From the NCBI GenBank assembly GCA_016930535.1, contig JAFGGN010000062.1:207-64206 (forward strand): DNA of 64,000 nt. The letters are read 5' to 3'. Shown here in pieces: positions 52,845 to 60,938 of the stretch. A program made the position numbers and the translations under genes. Source of the DNA: a bacterium. Lineage in GTDB: Bacteria; Zhuqueibacterota; QNDG01; JAFGCO01. Each line of letters begins with the position of its first letter. Position 1 is the first letter of the stretch. The notes below the pieces were generated by a model, which was given only the letters and a program-made list of their open reading frames with translations, was not told the origin of the DNA and did not search any database.

Positions 52845-55358
52845 TTGACCATGGCTGCGGCATGTATCCTGCAGGCCGCAGCCGTGCCTTCCGCAATCCA
52901 ATACATCCATCCGCTGCCCGGCAGCCGGCTGCACACGCCTGAAACCACCGTGATCCTGAGGCTGAGGCCGGATCTGCAGGACGGGGTGACGGATCCGGCG
53001 GGTCTGATCCGTGCAAAGGGGAAAAACCGCGATAGTCCGGGGACCGTGACCCGGGCGTCTGACGGAAGTACCCTTATTTTTAAACCCGCACAGCCTTTCG
53101 ATTATAATGATGAAGTGGAGGTGACGATACGGACCGGATGGCCGGATGTGGATTTTCATTATACCTTTTATACGGTTCCCGCACAGAAGACGCTTGCAAA
53201 AACGGGTATGGCCTCCAAGATTTCCGGTCCGGATCCCCGGCCAAAAGCAGTACTGACCCGTGATGTGCACACCATCAACGGTGTGCCCGTTCCGGCCGAT
53301 TTTCCCGGCATAACCACGATTCAGATGGGTGACACGGCGCCGGGCCTGATTTTTTTCACCACCAATTTCCCCGTAAACTGCGGCAATTACATGATCGTCT
53401 GCGACAACGGCGGCACGCCTGTTTTTTACCGGAAGATAACCGAAGCGGCGCGAAGCACGAATTTTCTGCTGCATGCCGGCGGTTTGCTGTCCGTGCATCT
53501 GTGCGACCCGCTGGACACGGGTCAGTGGCGGCATCTGATTTTCGACAACACCTTCACACCCGTGGATGAGATCCGGGCCGGACACGGCTATATCACGGAC
53601 AATCATGAACTGCAGCTGCTGCCGGACGGCCACGCACTCGTCATCGCGGATCAGACAGTCGAGCTCGATCTGAGCCGGACCGTGCCTGAAGGCAATACCC
53701 GTGCACTGGTGCAGGGCTTCCATTTTCAGGAACTGGACCGCAACAAAGACGTGATTTTTGAATGGCGGAGCTGGGATCATTACCGGGTCACGGATGCCGT
53801 ATGGGAGGATCTTTCCGAAGGCAGCGTCGACTACGTGCATATGAATTCCGTGGACATCGATTTCGACGGCCATTATATCGTTTCGAGCCGGAACCTCAGC
53901 GAAGTCACGAAAATCGACCGGAACACCGGTGTCATAATCTGGCGGTTCGGCGGTGTGAACAATCAGTTCGATTTCAGGGATGATGACGGTCCGTTTTCGT
54001 ACCAGCATGATGTCCGGCCCGTTTCCGGAAAGCCCAATCACTACCTGATGTTCGACAACGGCGTTCATCACGAAGCGCATTATTCCAGGGCAGTGGAATA
54101 CAGACTGGATATGGTGGCCAAAACCGCCGGAATAGCGTGGCAGTTCCGGTATACGCCGGACCGTGCCGTGACGGGCATGGGAAGCTGTCAGCGGCTGCCG
54201 CAGGGAAACACCCTGATCGACTGGCCGCAGGATGAAACCCGGATCTGTGAAGTCACGCCGGAGGGTAAAATTGTCTTCGAGCTTTTCAGCCCGGGTCACA
54301 CCAATTACCGCTGCCGGCGTTACGACTGGCACGGCCGCATGAAAACACCCTGCCTGCAGATCGAGAATCATGGCGATTTTGTCCGTCTCTTTTTCAGCCA
54401 GTCCGGGGATCCGAATGTCCGTTACTACAATATCTATTCGGGAGTCTCGGACCCGCCGGAAACACGGATCGCTTCGACTTCACAGCGTTATTTCGATGTG
54501 AACGACCCTGTCAACGGCGCCGTGAATTATTATCGTGTGACATCCGTGGACAAGGACGACCGTGAAAGCGGATTTTCGATCACGGAAAAAACAACGGTCA
54601 ATACACTCGGACCGGGTGAAAATGCGGTGCGGAACGGCAGCTTCGATTCATTCTCTTACTGGATATTGAAGGTAACCAAACCGGCTTCTGCAGAAAGCGG
54701 CATTACCGGGCGCGGTGAATGCCGCATTCACAGCGACAGGGATGGCATGGAAGCTGAGAATATTCAGCTCTGTCAGGAGAACGTGCCGATTATCGAAGGC
54801 AGGACATACCGTTTCGAATTCGACGCCTGGGCGAGCGATCCATGTTTCATCGGTGCACGGGTCGGGGAAAATGCGTATCCCTATGCGGATTACGGCAGCA
54901 TGGGGGAATTTTATATCACACGGAAGAAAAAGCGGTATCAGGACGCCTTTGTCATGGGAGCGCGCAGTGATCCGGACGCCCGGGTCAGTTTCAAATGCGG
55001 TCTGGTCACCGGGGATCTGTACATAGACAACGTGTCCCTGTTCTATCTGGAAACCGTATCGGCTGCTCCGCATGATTCGCCGGCTGATGTTCCGGAAAAC
55101 CTGGTGCTGTATCCGAATGTGCCGAATCCGTTCAATCCTGTCACATCCATTTCCTACCGTATTCTGAAGAGGAATCCTGTTCATCTCAGCGTGACCAATA
55201 TCGCCGGCCAGACCGTGGCGGTGCTTGTAAATACGATTCAGGCGCCTGGAGTTTATTCGGTCAAATTTACAGGCGGCCGTCTGCCGGCCGGTGTATATGT
55301 ATGCAGGCTGAAATCCGGGGAGGCATCCCTGACCCGCCGTATGGTGCTTATCAAGTAG
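52845..55358 (+). CDS. Arylsulfotransferase (ASST)-family protein with CBM4/9-like module and T9SS-type CTD
   Basis: DNHELQ, YVHMNSVD, SYQHDVR, FDNG, SCQRLPQGNTLI; VRNGSF..YRFEFDA; LYPNVPNPFNP.T.I CTD. Confidence 0.8.
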   Translation: MTMAAACILQAAAVPSAIQYIHPLPGSRLHTPETTVILRLRPDLQDGVTDPAGLIRAKGKNRDSPGTVTRASDGSTLIFKPAQPFDYNDEVEVTIRTGWPDVDFHYTFYTVPAQKTLAKTGMASKISGPDPRPKAVLTRDVHTINGVPVPADFPGITTIQMGDTAPGLIFFTTNFPVNCGNYMIVCDNGGTPVFYRKITEAARSTNFLLHAGGLLSVHLCDPLDTGQWRHLIFDNTFTPVDEIRAGHGYITDNHELQLLPDGHALVIADQTVELDLSRTVPEGNTRALVQGFHFQELDRNKDVIFEWRSWDHYRVTDAVWEDLSEGSVDYVHMNSVDIDFDGHYIVSSRNLSEVTKIDRNTGVIIWRFGGVNNQFDFRDDDGPFSYQHDVRPVSGKPNHYLMFDNGVHHEAHYSRAVEYRLDMVAKTAGIAWQFRYTPDRAVTGMGSCQRLPQGNTLIDWPQDETRICEVTPEGKIVFELFSPGHTNYRCRRYDWHGRMKTPCLQIENHGDFVRLFFSQSGDPNVRYYNIYSGVSDPPETRIASTSQRYFDVNDPVNGAVNYYRVTSVDKDDRESGFSITEKTTVNTLGPGENAVRNGSFDSFSYWILKVTKPASAESGITGRGECRIHSDRDGMEAENIQLCQENVPIIEGRTYRFEFDAWASDPCFIGARVGENAYPYADYGSMGEFYITRKKKRYQDAFVMGARSDPDARVSFKCGLVTGDLYIDNVSLFYLETVSAAPHDSPADVPENLVLYPNVPNPFNPVTSISYRILKRNPVHLSVTNIAGQTVAVLVNTIQAPGVYSVKFTGGRLPAGVYVCRLKSGEASLTRRMVLIK

Positions 55359-55565
55359 CCGTGATAGCGCCATCCGCAGAATTCCCGTTGATTTTACAGC
55401 CTGATTTGGTTATACTGATTTTCAGAACGATTCGCCTGCCTTTGCGTTTTACATCAGGGACCAACCATGCCCCGCTGTCGGGATAGGGTTCGGTTCCGAT
55501 AACGGGAAAGGCGACAGAACATGTGTCAGGCGGTGTTTTAAATCGGCGGGCGAATCCGCTTCGTT

Positions 55566-56834
55566 ATGAGATCAGGCGTTATCATCAAACAGTCGGGGCC
55601 GGTCATGATCCATATCACAAAGAAAGTATCCGCACTCATCGCCGTCTGTCTGGCCGTCTCCTCCGTCCTCTGCCAGACGCCTGAAACCATAAGGCCGGGC
55701 TGTCCGGAATGCCGTTTGCTCAGGCTCGATTATGAAAATTCCGGCGGGGAAAACGGACTGACGACATTCGATTACAACGGGGATGGCCTGCTGGAAAAGG
55801 CCGTGTGGGAGCTGGACGACGGCAGCCGGATCTCCCTGAATTCATACACACACGATAAAGACGGCAGGCTCATCCGGAAGTACCGTGAGTATTCCGACAG
55901 TCTGATATCGGATCAGGCATTCGAGTATAATAACCGGGGACAATTGATCACGGAGCGTTTCGAGAGGTCCGACAGTGTTTCGGGATTGACAACGTACGAG
56001 TATGACGATCAGGGAAGACTGGCCGGGATGCGGTGCAGGGGATTCAATGGGTGGTTTTACGGGGATATCGCCTTTACGTACGATGAGGCGGGTAGCAAAA
56101 TAAAGGGAGATATCCGGCATGAGGGTGAACACGCGGGCGTTATTTTATATTCGTATGACGAATGCGGCAACCTGATCAGGGAGCACTGGGATTTTTCGGG
56201 CCGGTGGAGCCAGACATTCATTTATGAATACGAAGCCTGTCCGGCAGCTCCGCCTGCGGTTTATGCATCTTCGAACGTGTTTATTTCCGGCAATCCGCAA
56301 TACCGTCTCATCGGAGAACATTATGATTATTCAGGCAAAACGGGCGGTCCGTCGTTTTATTTTTACGGCAAGGGCGGCAAGCTCCTGTCGAAGCGTTTCG
56401 AACGGTCGGACGGTTTTTCGACCGAAACGGATTATTTGTACGATTGTAAGGGGAAGCTGACCCGGTCCTGCAGACACTATTCGAACGGACTCTTCGCGGT
56501 CTTTTCCTATGAATCCGGTCCGTCCGGCAAACTTGCGACACGGTCATTCAGGCGTACGGACGGTGTCTCCGGAAGCGAATCCTATGCATACGATTCCAGG
56601 TCGAACCTGGTATCCGCACAGTGGATCAATGTCGACTCATGGCTCACCGGAGCGCTGACATTCACTTCCGCTGAAGACGGAACACTTACCGGCGGGCATT
56701 ATCAGGGAGCGGACGGTTCCGGCGCTGAGATCCGGTTCGAATATGACGCTCACGGGAATTTACTGAAAATTCACTGGGATTTTGCATCCGGTGCAACTCA
56801 GACATATGTGTTTGAGTATGAATATGCCAAATGA
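55566..56834 (+). CDS. Secreted YD/RHS-like repeat protein of two tandem homologous halves (start may be 55605)
   Basis: Repeated YxYDxxGxL beta-hairpins; both halves end YDxxGNL.+.HWDF....QT...EYE. Confidence 0.7.
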   Translation: MRSGVIIKQSGPVMIHITKKVSALIAVCLAVSSVLCQTPETIRPGCPECRLLRLDYENSGGENGLTTFDYNGDGLLEKAVWELDDGSRISLNSYTHDKDGRLIRKYREYSDSLISDQAFEYNNRGQLITERFERSDSVSGLTTYEYDDQGRLAGMRCRGFNGWFYGDIAFTYDEAGSKIKGDIRHEGEHAGVILYSYDECGNLIREHWDFSGRWSQTFIYEYEACPAAPPAVYASSNVFISGNPQYRLIGEHYDYSGKTGGPSFYFYGKGGKLLSKRFERSDGFSTETDYLYDCKGKLTRSCRHYSNGLFAVFSYESGPSGKLATRSFRRTDGVSGSESYAYDSRSNLVSAQWINVDSWLTGALTFTSAEDGTLTGGHYQGADGSGAEIRFEYDAHGNLLKIHWDFASGATQTYVFEYEYAK

Positions 56835-56847
56835 ATCCGTTTCCCGC

Positions 56848-57615
56848 CTAAAGCCATGACAGCGTGACTTCTCCGGGTTCGGGATTGACCAGCTGATGGA
56901 ACAATTCCGTCAGGCCGGCCAGACAGCCGGGGAGGTTGTCATTGGACATGGTCTGAACGGCATCCTGATAAATCAGCTGGCCTTCCTTCAATATGCCGAC
57001 TTCCATGCACACTTTTTCGATCAGGCTCAGATTGTGCGAGGTCATAAAAACCGTGGTACCTTTTGCAGCCATTCGCATGATGATGTCCTGAATCATTCCG
57101 GATGAAACCGGATCCAGGCCATCGAACAATTCGTCGATAAAGAGAATTCGGGGATCGTGAATGATGGCGCACATGAAGGCCAGTTTTTTCTTCATGCCCT
57201 TCGAATACTCATGGATCCACATCTGCCTCTGACCGTAAAGATCGAATGCGATAAAAAGTTCATGCAGCCGTTCCAAGGCTGTTCGTCTGTCCAATCCGTA
57301 TATCCGTGCCGAGAAATACAACTGTTCATCCGCATGCAGATGATCGAAGAGGGCCAGATCTTCCGTGACCACGCCGATTTCCGATTTAATTGCACAGCTG
57401 TTTTTGGACGTGAATTCCCGTCCCAGAAGATAAATCCGGCCATGACTGGCCCTGAGAAGCCCGGTCAGCAGATTCATGCTGGTGGTTTTGCCGGAACCAT
57501 TGGGACCGACAAGTCCGTATATGACGGATTCGCGAACACTGAAATTGATATTGGTTAAGGCTTGCCGCATGCCGTAATTCTTGCACAGATCGGCGGTTCG
57601 AATCGCAAAGTCCAT
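56848..57615 (-). CDS. ABC-2 type transporter ATP-binding subunit
   Basis: GPNGSGKTT, YSKGMKKK, FIDELFDGLD, TSHNL. Confidence 0.9.
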   Translation of the reverse strand: MDFAIRTADLCKNYGMRQALTNINFSVRESVIYGLVGPNGSGKTTSMNLLTGLLRASHGRIYLLGREFTSKNSCAIKSEIGVVTEDLALFDHLHADEQLYFSARIYGLDRRTALERLHELFIAFDLYGQRQMWIHEYSKGMKKKLAFMCAIIHDPRILFIDELFDGLDPVSSGMIQDIIMRMAAKGTTVFMTSHNLSLIEKVCMEVGILKEGQLIYQDAVQTMSNDNLPGCLAGLTELFHQLVNPEPGEVTLSWL

Positions 57616-59259
57616 TCAACCTCCTCTGATTGTCATGACAAACGTTTCTTTTTCCTTTTCCAGAAGATGTGCCACCGGCCTGAGACTGACTGCATATATG
57701 TCCACGGCCAGGATGGCCATGATCAACATGACCGGGATGCTTCCTGCCGGCGATTGAATCAGGCTCAGAACGAGGGCCACAGGCAGCGAGAAGCCGACGA
57801 AGGCGATGATGAGCAGAATGTTGTTTTGAACCGATGTCGATTTACCGAATATGGAACAGAAATCGGTTCGTGACGGATTTTTAGTCAGAAGACTGTTGAT
57901 ACACAGACTGATGATTGCGTAGAAATAGATCAGAATCAGTTCGCAGAGCAGGATCATTCCCGCGCCGGCATGCTGATGAAAAAGAAGAATGCTGAGGGCT
58001 ATGCTCTGTATCAGACTGATCTGAACCACACAAAAATAAGCCAGATTCTTTATGAGAAGATAATGCCTGATCCGGACCGGAACGATAAAAACCTGCTGTA
58101 TGCCTTTTCCGTCGAACGTGTGCATATAGAATCCCTCCTTCGACAGGACAACGGGTGCGATACACACGGCCACGGCCATCTTCATGACGGTCGGACCATC
58201 CCGCAGCAGCCAGCTGCAGTAGATGACGGTGACGAGCATGCACAGCAGAAGATACATCCAGGTCCGACCGCTCCTGATCAGGTATAATATCTCTTTCTTC
58301 AGCAGGATGTTTATTCCGGTGTTCTGCGGGACGATGAAATCATGGAGCCAGTTTTTCAAAAGAGGGCTGGACGAGCGGCTGACAGGATTCCCGCCTGCCC
58401 GATAACGATCCGAATCGATCAATCCGGAGAAAAACAGAAAGCAAAGCGTCATCAGGATGATGTCGGTCAGAGTGAGCCACAGTACACTTCGGATGAAGCC
58501 GGCGGATAATCCTGAGGCGAACAGGCTCCCGGTTGCACTGGCTGCAGATGTCCACGGCGTCAGCCCGATGAGCAGGCGGCCGGAACGCAACACCTGCAGG
58601 GGCAGCGGACTGCCGAACGAGAAATAAAAGCCCGTCAGTGCAAGGACCGCGGCGGCAAGGATCCATTTGAACAGTCTGCCCAGTCGCCCCATTCCCGGAT
58701 GCCTTCCCAACAGGGACTCGTACAACAAATAGAAAAGAAAACGGAGTGAGAGAATGCTGGTCATGTACAGAAAACATATCAGGATCAGCCCGGGCCACCG
58801 CATCAGATTCAGGAACCCGGGAACAGCAGTCACGATGATGATAATTAAGCCGAAGAAAACGAGACTCGGAATGTCCAGGGCCGTTATAATAAATTCATAC
58901 AGAAACAGCCGGAATCTGGAAACGGGCAGAAAACCACGGGAACGCAACCGGGACGGTGAAGTATGGTGAACGCCCAGATAAAAACCTGCGGCGATCATGC
59001 CGTATCCACCCCAGAAAAAAAGCGCCTGAAACACATGAGGGTTCGTCACGATCTGCCGCTCGAAGATGCGGAACATATCCCGGATGAAGCCGGCCCCGAA
59101 ATACACAACAATGCCCAGAAGTGCGAACAGTACGGCTGCCGGATTTTTAAAGGGTCCTCTCCTGTAAAAAAAACGGTTGAAACGCTGTCTCAGCATCAGT
59201 CGGAATATCATGTTTTGCTCCAGATGGATTTCTATAAAATAAAAATGTTTTCGTTCCAT
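57616..59259 (-). CDS. ABC transporter permease (about 12 TM, two halves); start may be 59211
   Basis: Many hydrophobic segments, internal LLKKEILYLIRS motif, abuts the ATPase gene. Confidence 0.75.
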   Translation of the reverse strand: MERKHFYFIEIHLEQNMIFRLMLRQRFNRFFYRRGPFKNPAAVLFALLGIVVYFGAGFIRDMFRIFERQIVTNPHVFQALFFWGGYGMIAAGFYLGVHHTSPSRLRSRGFLPVSRFRLFLYEFIITALDIPSLVFFGLIIIIVTAVPGFLNLMRWPGLILICFLYMTSILSLRFLFYLLYESLLGRHPGMGRLGRLFKWILAAAVLALTGFYFSFGSPLPLQVLRSGRLLIGLTPWTSAASATGSLFASGLSAGFIRSVLWLTLTDIILMTLCFLFFSGLIDSDRYRAGGNPVSRSSSPLLKNWLHDFIVPQNTGINILLKKEILYLIRSGRTWMYLLLCMLVTVIYCSWLLRDGPTVMKMAVAVCIAPVVLSKEGFYMHTFDGKGIQQVFIVPVRIRHYLLIKNLAYFCVVQISLIQSIALSILLFHQHAGAGMILLCELILIYFYAIISLCINSLLTKNPSRTDFCSIFGKSTSVQNNILLIIAFVGFSLPVALVLSLIQSPAGSIPVMLIMAILAVDIYAVSLRPVAHLLEKEKETFVMTIRGG

Positions 59260-59300
59260 CCCTGAAAAAGCGAATGAAACGAAAACATATCAGGCCGGAA

Positions 59301-59471
59301 TCAGCATGGCGCTTTGGCCATCATGAAACCGAACGCCACCGCACCAACCACCGGTCCCAACGCCGCCGCACCGATGCCGGCCACCGCCAGTGACTGAAAA
59401 ATATAGACAGCACAGGCGAGTTTTTTGCCTCCTTCGAGCTCCAGCAGTTCTGATTCTGTCAGTAATGTCAT
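59301..59471 (-). CDS. Double-glycine-leader peptide precursor 2 (56 aa), not in the ORF track
   Basis: Manual translation MTLLTESELLELEGG|KKLACAVYIFQSLAVAGIGAAALGPVVGAVAFGFMMAKAPC*; GGGAGGAG RBS upstream. Confidence 0.88.
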   Translation of the reverse strand: MTLLTESELLELEGGKKLACAVYIFQSLAVAGIGAAALGPVVGAVAFGFMMAKAPC

Positions 59472-59492
59472 GTTCTCCTCCCTGAATGTGAA

Positions 59493-59654
59493 TTACATCA
59501 GTCTGCCGATGGCCCACCCGACACAGGCGGCACCGGCGATGAGCAGGGGTGCGAAGAACAGGGCGCCGACGCCGACTGCCGCGCAACCGTAATCCACGGC
59601 CCTTTTCCACCCTCCTTCGAGCTGCTCCATCTGCTGAATGGTGAGTTCGTGCAT
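59493..59654 (-). CDS. Double-glycine-leader peptide precursor 1 (53 aa; start reassigned from 59774)
   Basis: MHELTIQQMEQLEGG|WKRAVDYGCAAVGVGALFFAPLLIAGAACVGWAIGRLM*; AAAGGAGG RBS. Confidence 0.9.
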   Translation of the reverse strand: MHELTIQQMEQLEGGWKRAVDYGCAAVGVGALFFAPLLIAGAACVGWAIGRLM

Positions 59655-59724
59655 GGATCCTCCTTTCTTTGGTTTGGAATGAATCGTTATCCTGCACAAA
59701 CGGGCATTTGATGCAGGATCGCGT

Positions 59725-60273
59725 TTAATTTGCAGAATATGCCTGATCGGCCTGTTCCGGTTCGGCGGAATCATGACCTCCGATCAGACCGGCGAGCGAC
59801 CGGATATTGAACTCGCCAGTTGATTTGTAAATCAGCCTCCCGTCCGGGGCGAACACATAAATCGATGGTACGCTCCGTGTGCCGAAAACCATTCTCAGTG
59901 TATCCGGATCCACCAGCCCCCAGAATATCCGGCCGGTTCCGTTCAGATCCGGGTACTTCTGAATGTAGTAACCGGGGGGAGGCAGATCGCTGTCCGTCCA
60001 GATAAACAACCTGGCCGATGAAAACGACTGGACGTGGTTCTCCAATTCTTTCAAAAAATAATGGCAATAGGGACAGTCCGGTCGGTGAATGATGATGCAT
60101 GTGTGAATCGAAGGGTCCGGGCCAAGTTCCGCGATGCCGGATCCGGACCTGTACCACATACGGGGCAGGCTTGCCCCAAGCGGCAGTACATCGGGCCTGA
60201 ACACTTCACGGATCAGGAGCGTCAGACAGATCAGCATCATTGAAACCATCACGCAATAGAACAATCTTTTCAT
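59725..60273 (-). CDS. Membrane-anchored thioredoxin-fold (TlpA/redoxin-like) protein
   Basis: N-terminal TM MKRLFYCVMVSMMLICL; HRPDCPYC motif; FGTRSVPSIYVF cis-Pro region. Confidence 0.8.
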   Translation of the reverse strand: MKRLFYCVMVSMMLICLTLLIREVFRPDVLPLGASLPRMWYRSGSGIAELGPDPSIHTCIIIHRPDCPYCHYFLKELENHVQSFSSARLFIWTDSDLPPPGYYIQKYPDLNGTGRIFWGLVDPDTLRMVFGTRSVPSIYVFAPDGRLIYKSTGEFNIRSLAGLIGGHDSAEPEQADQAYSAN

Positions 60274-60281
60274 TCCGGCTC

Positions 60282-60938
60282 CTACGCCATGAGCCGCATC
60301 AGATATGCGACAACGGCCCATTGGAAAATGAACATGAAAAACCAGATGCCCAGTATCAGGATCAGGGCATTGGTTAAGGACATGGAACGGATGCGGAGCA
60401 GTCCGTAAACCATCAGACCGATCCAGAGGCCCTGGAAAATATTCAGATGATTCATCAGGAAGACGGTCGATGCCGGGTAAGAGGACATATCGAAAAATCC
60501 GGACAGGGAAAGCGGAACATGGGACAGGGCGGCATAATCCAGTGAACCGGATGGAACGTGCATGCGCAGCAGGGTTCCGGATAATTTACCGGAGAGCAGC
60601 GGAATTTCCGCCAGGCATACGGTTACAAACAGGCGCCCGAACGGCATGTCCTTCAGCTTAAGTACGAAAGGAAACTGAACCAGCAGTGTTTTAAAAACGA
60701 TTTTCAGCATCAGGACAACAGGGACCAGCACATAGACGATTCCGGAAAACCGGTGTATCTGATCCGCATACCGGTCGATGAGTGCGGCATCCATCCGGTC
60801 TGACAGGATCGAATGATAGGCCTCCCGTGTCATGATGACCTCTTGTGTCAGAAACAGGTCCAGCGCAAGGCCGGCCGTGAGCATACAAAACAGAAGCCAT
60901 CCGTCATTGTCCGGTTTCCCATGGGATTGATTATCCAT
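60282..60938 (-). CDS. Multi-pass membrane accessory protein of the peptide cluster
   Basis: About 5 hydrophobic segments; ATG overlaps the exporter stop (translational coupling). Confidence 0.75.
   Translation of the reverse strand: MDNQSHGKPDNDGWLLFCMLTAGLALDLFLTQEVIMTREAYHSILSDRMDAALIDRYADQIHRFSGIVYVLVPVVLMLKIVFKTLLVQFPFVLKLKDMPFGRLFVTVCLAEIPLLSGKLSGTLLRMHVPSGSLDYAALSHVPLSLSGFFDMSSYPASTVFLMNHLNIFQGLWIGLMVYGLLRIRSMSLTNALILILGIWFFMFIFQWAVVAYLMRLMA

Noticed and set aside
50679-54371. Long antisense ORFs (50679-52592 and 52827-54371; similarly 44726-45904 and 33868-34737)
   Set aside because: Antisense shadows of well-supported genes in GC-rich coding DNA, with no recognisable motifs
55566-56834. 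RHS polymorphic toxin
   Set aside because: No PxxxxDPxG core motif, no variable toxin tip, no downstream immunity ORF
59565-59600. Pediocin-box (class IIa) assignment from YGCAAV in core 1
   Set aside because: Does not match YGNGVxC; overall composition fits hydrophobic class IIb/IId-like peptides better
59290-59697. 135-aa ORF in the track
   Set aside because: Out-of-frame shadow over the two precursor genes, which have their own RBSs and GG leaders
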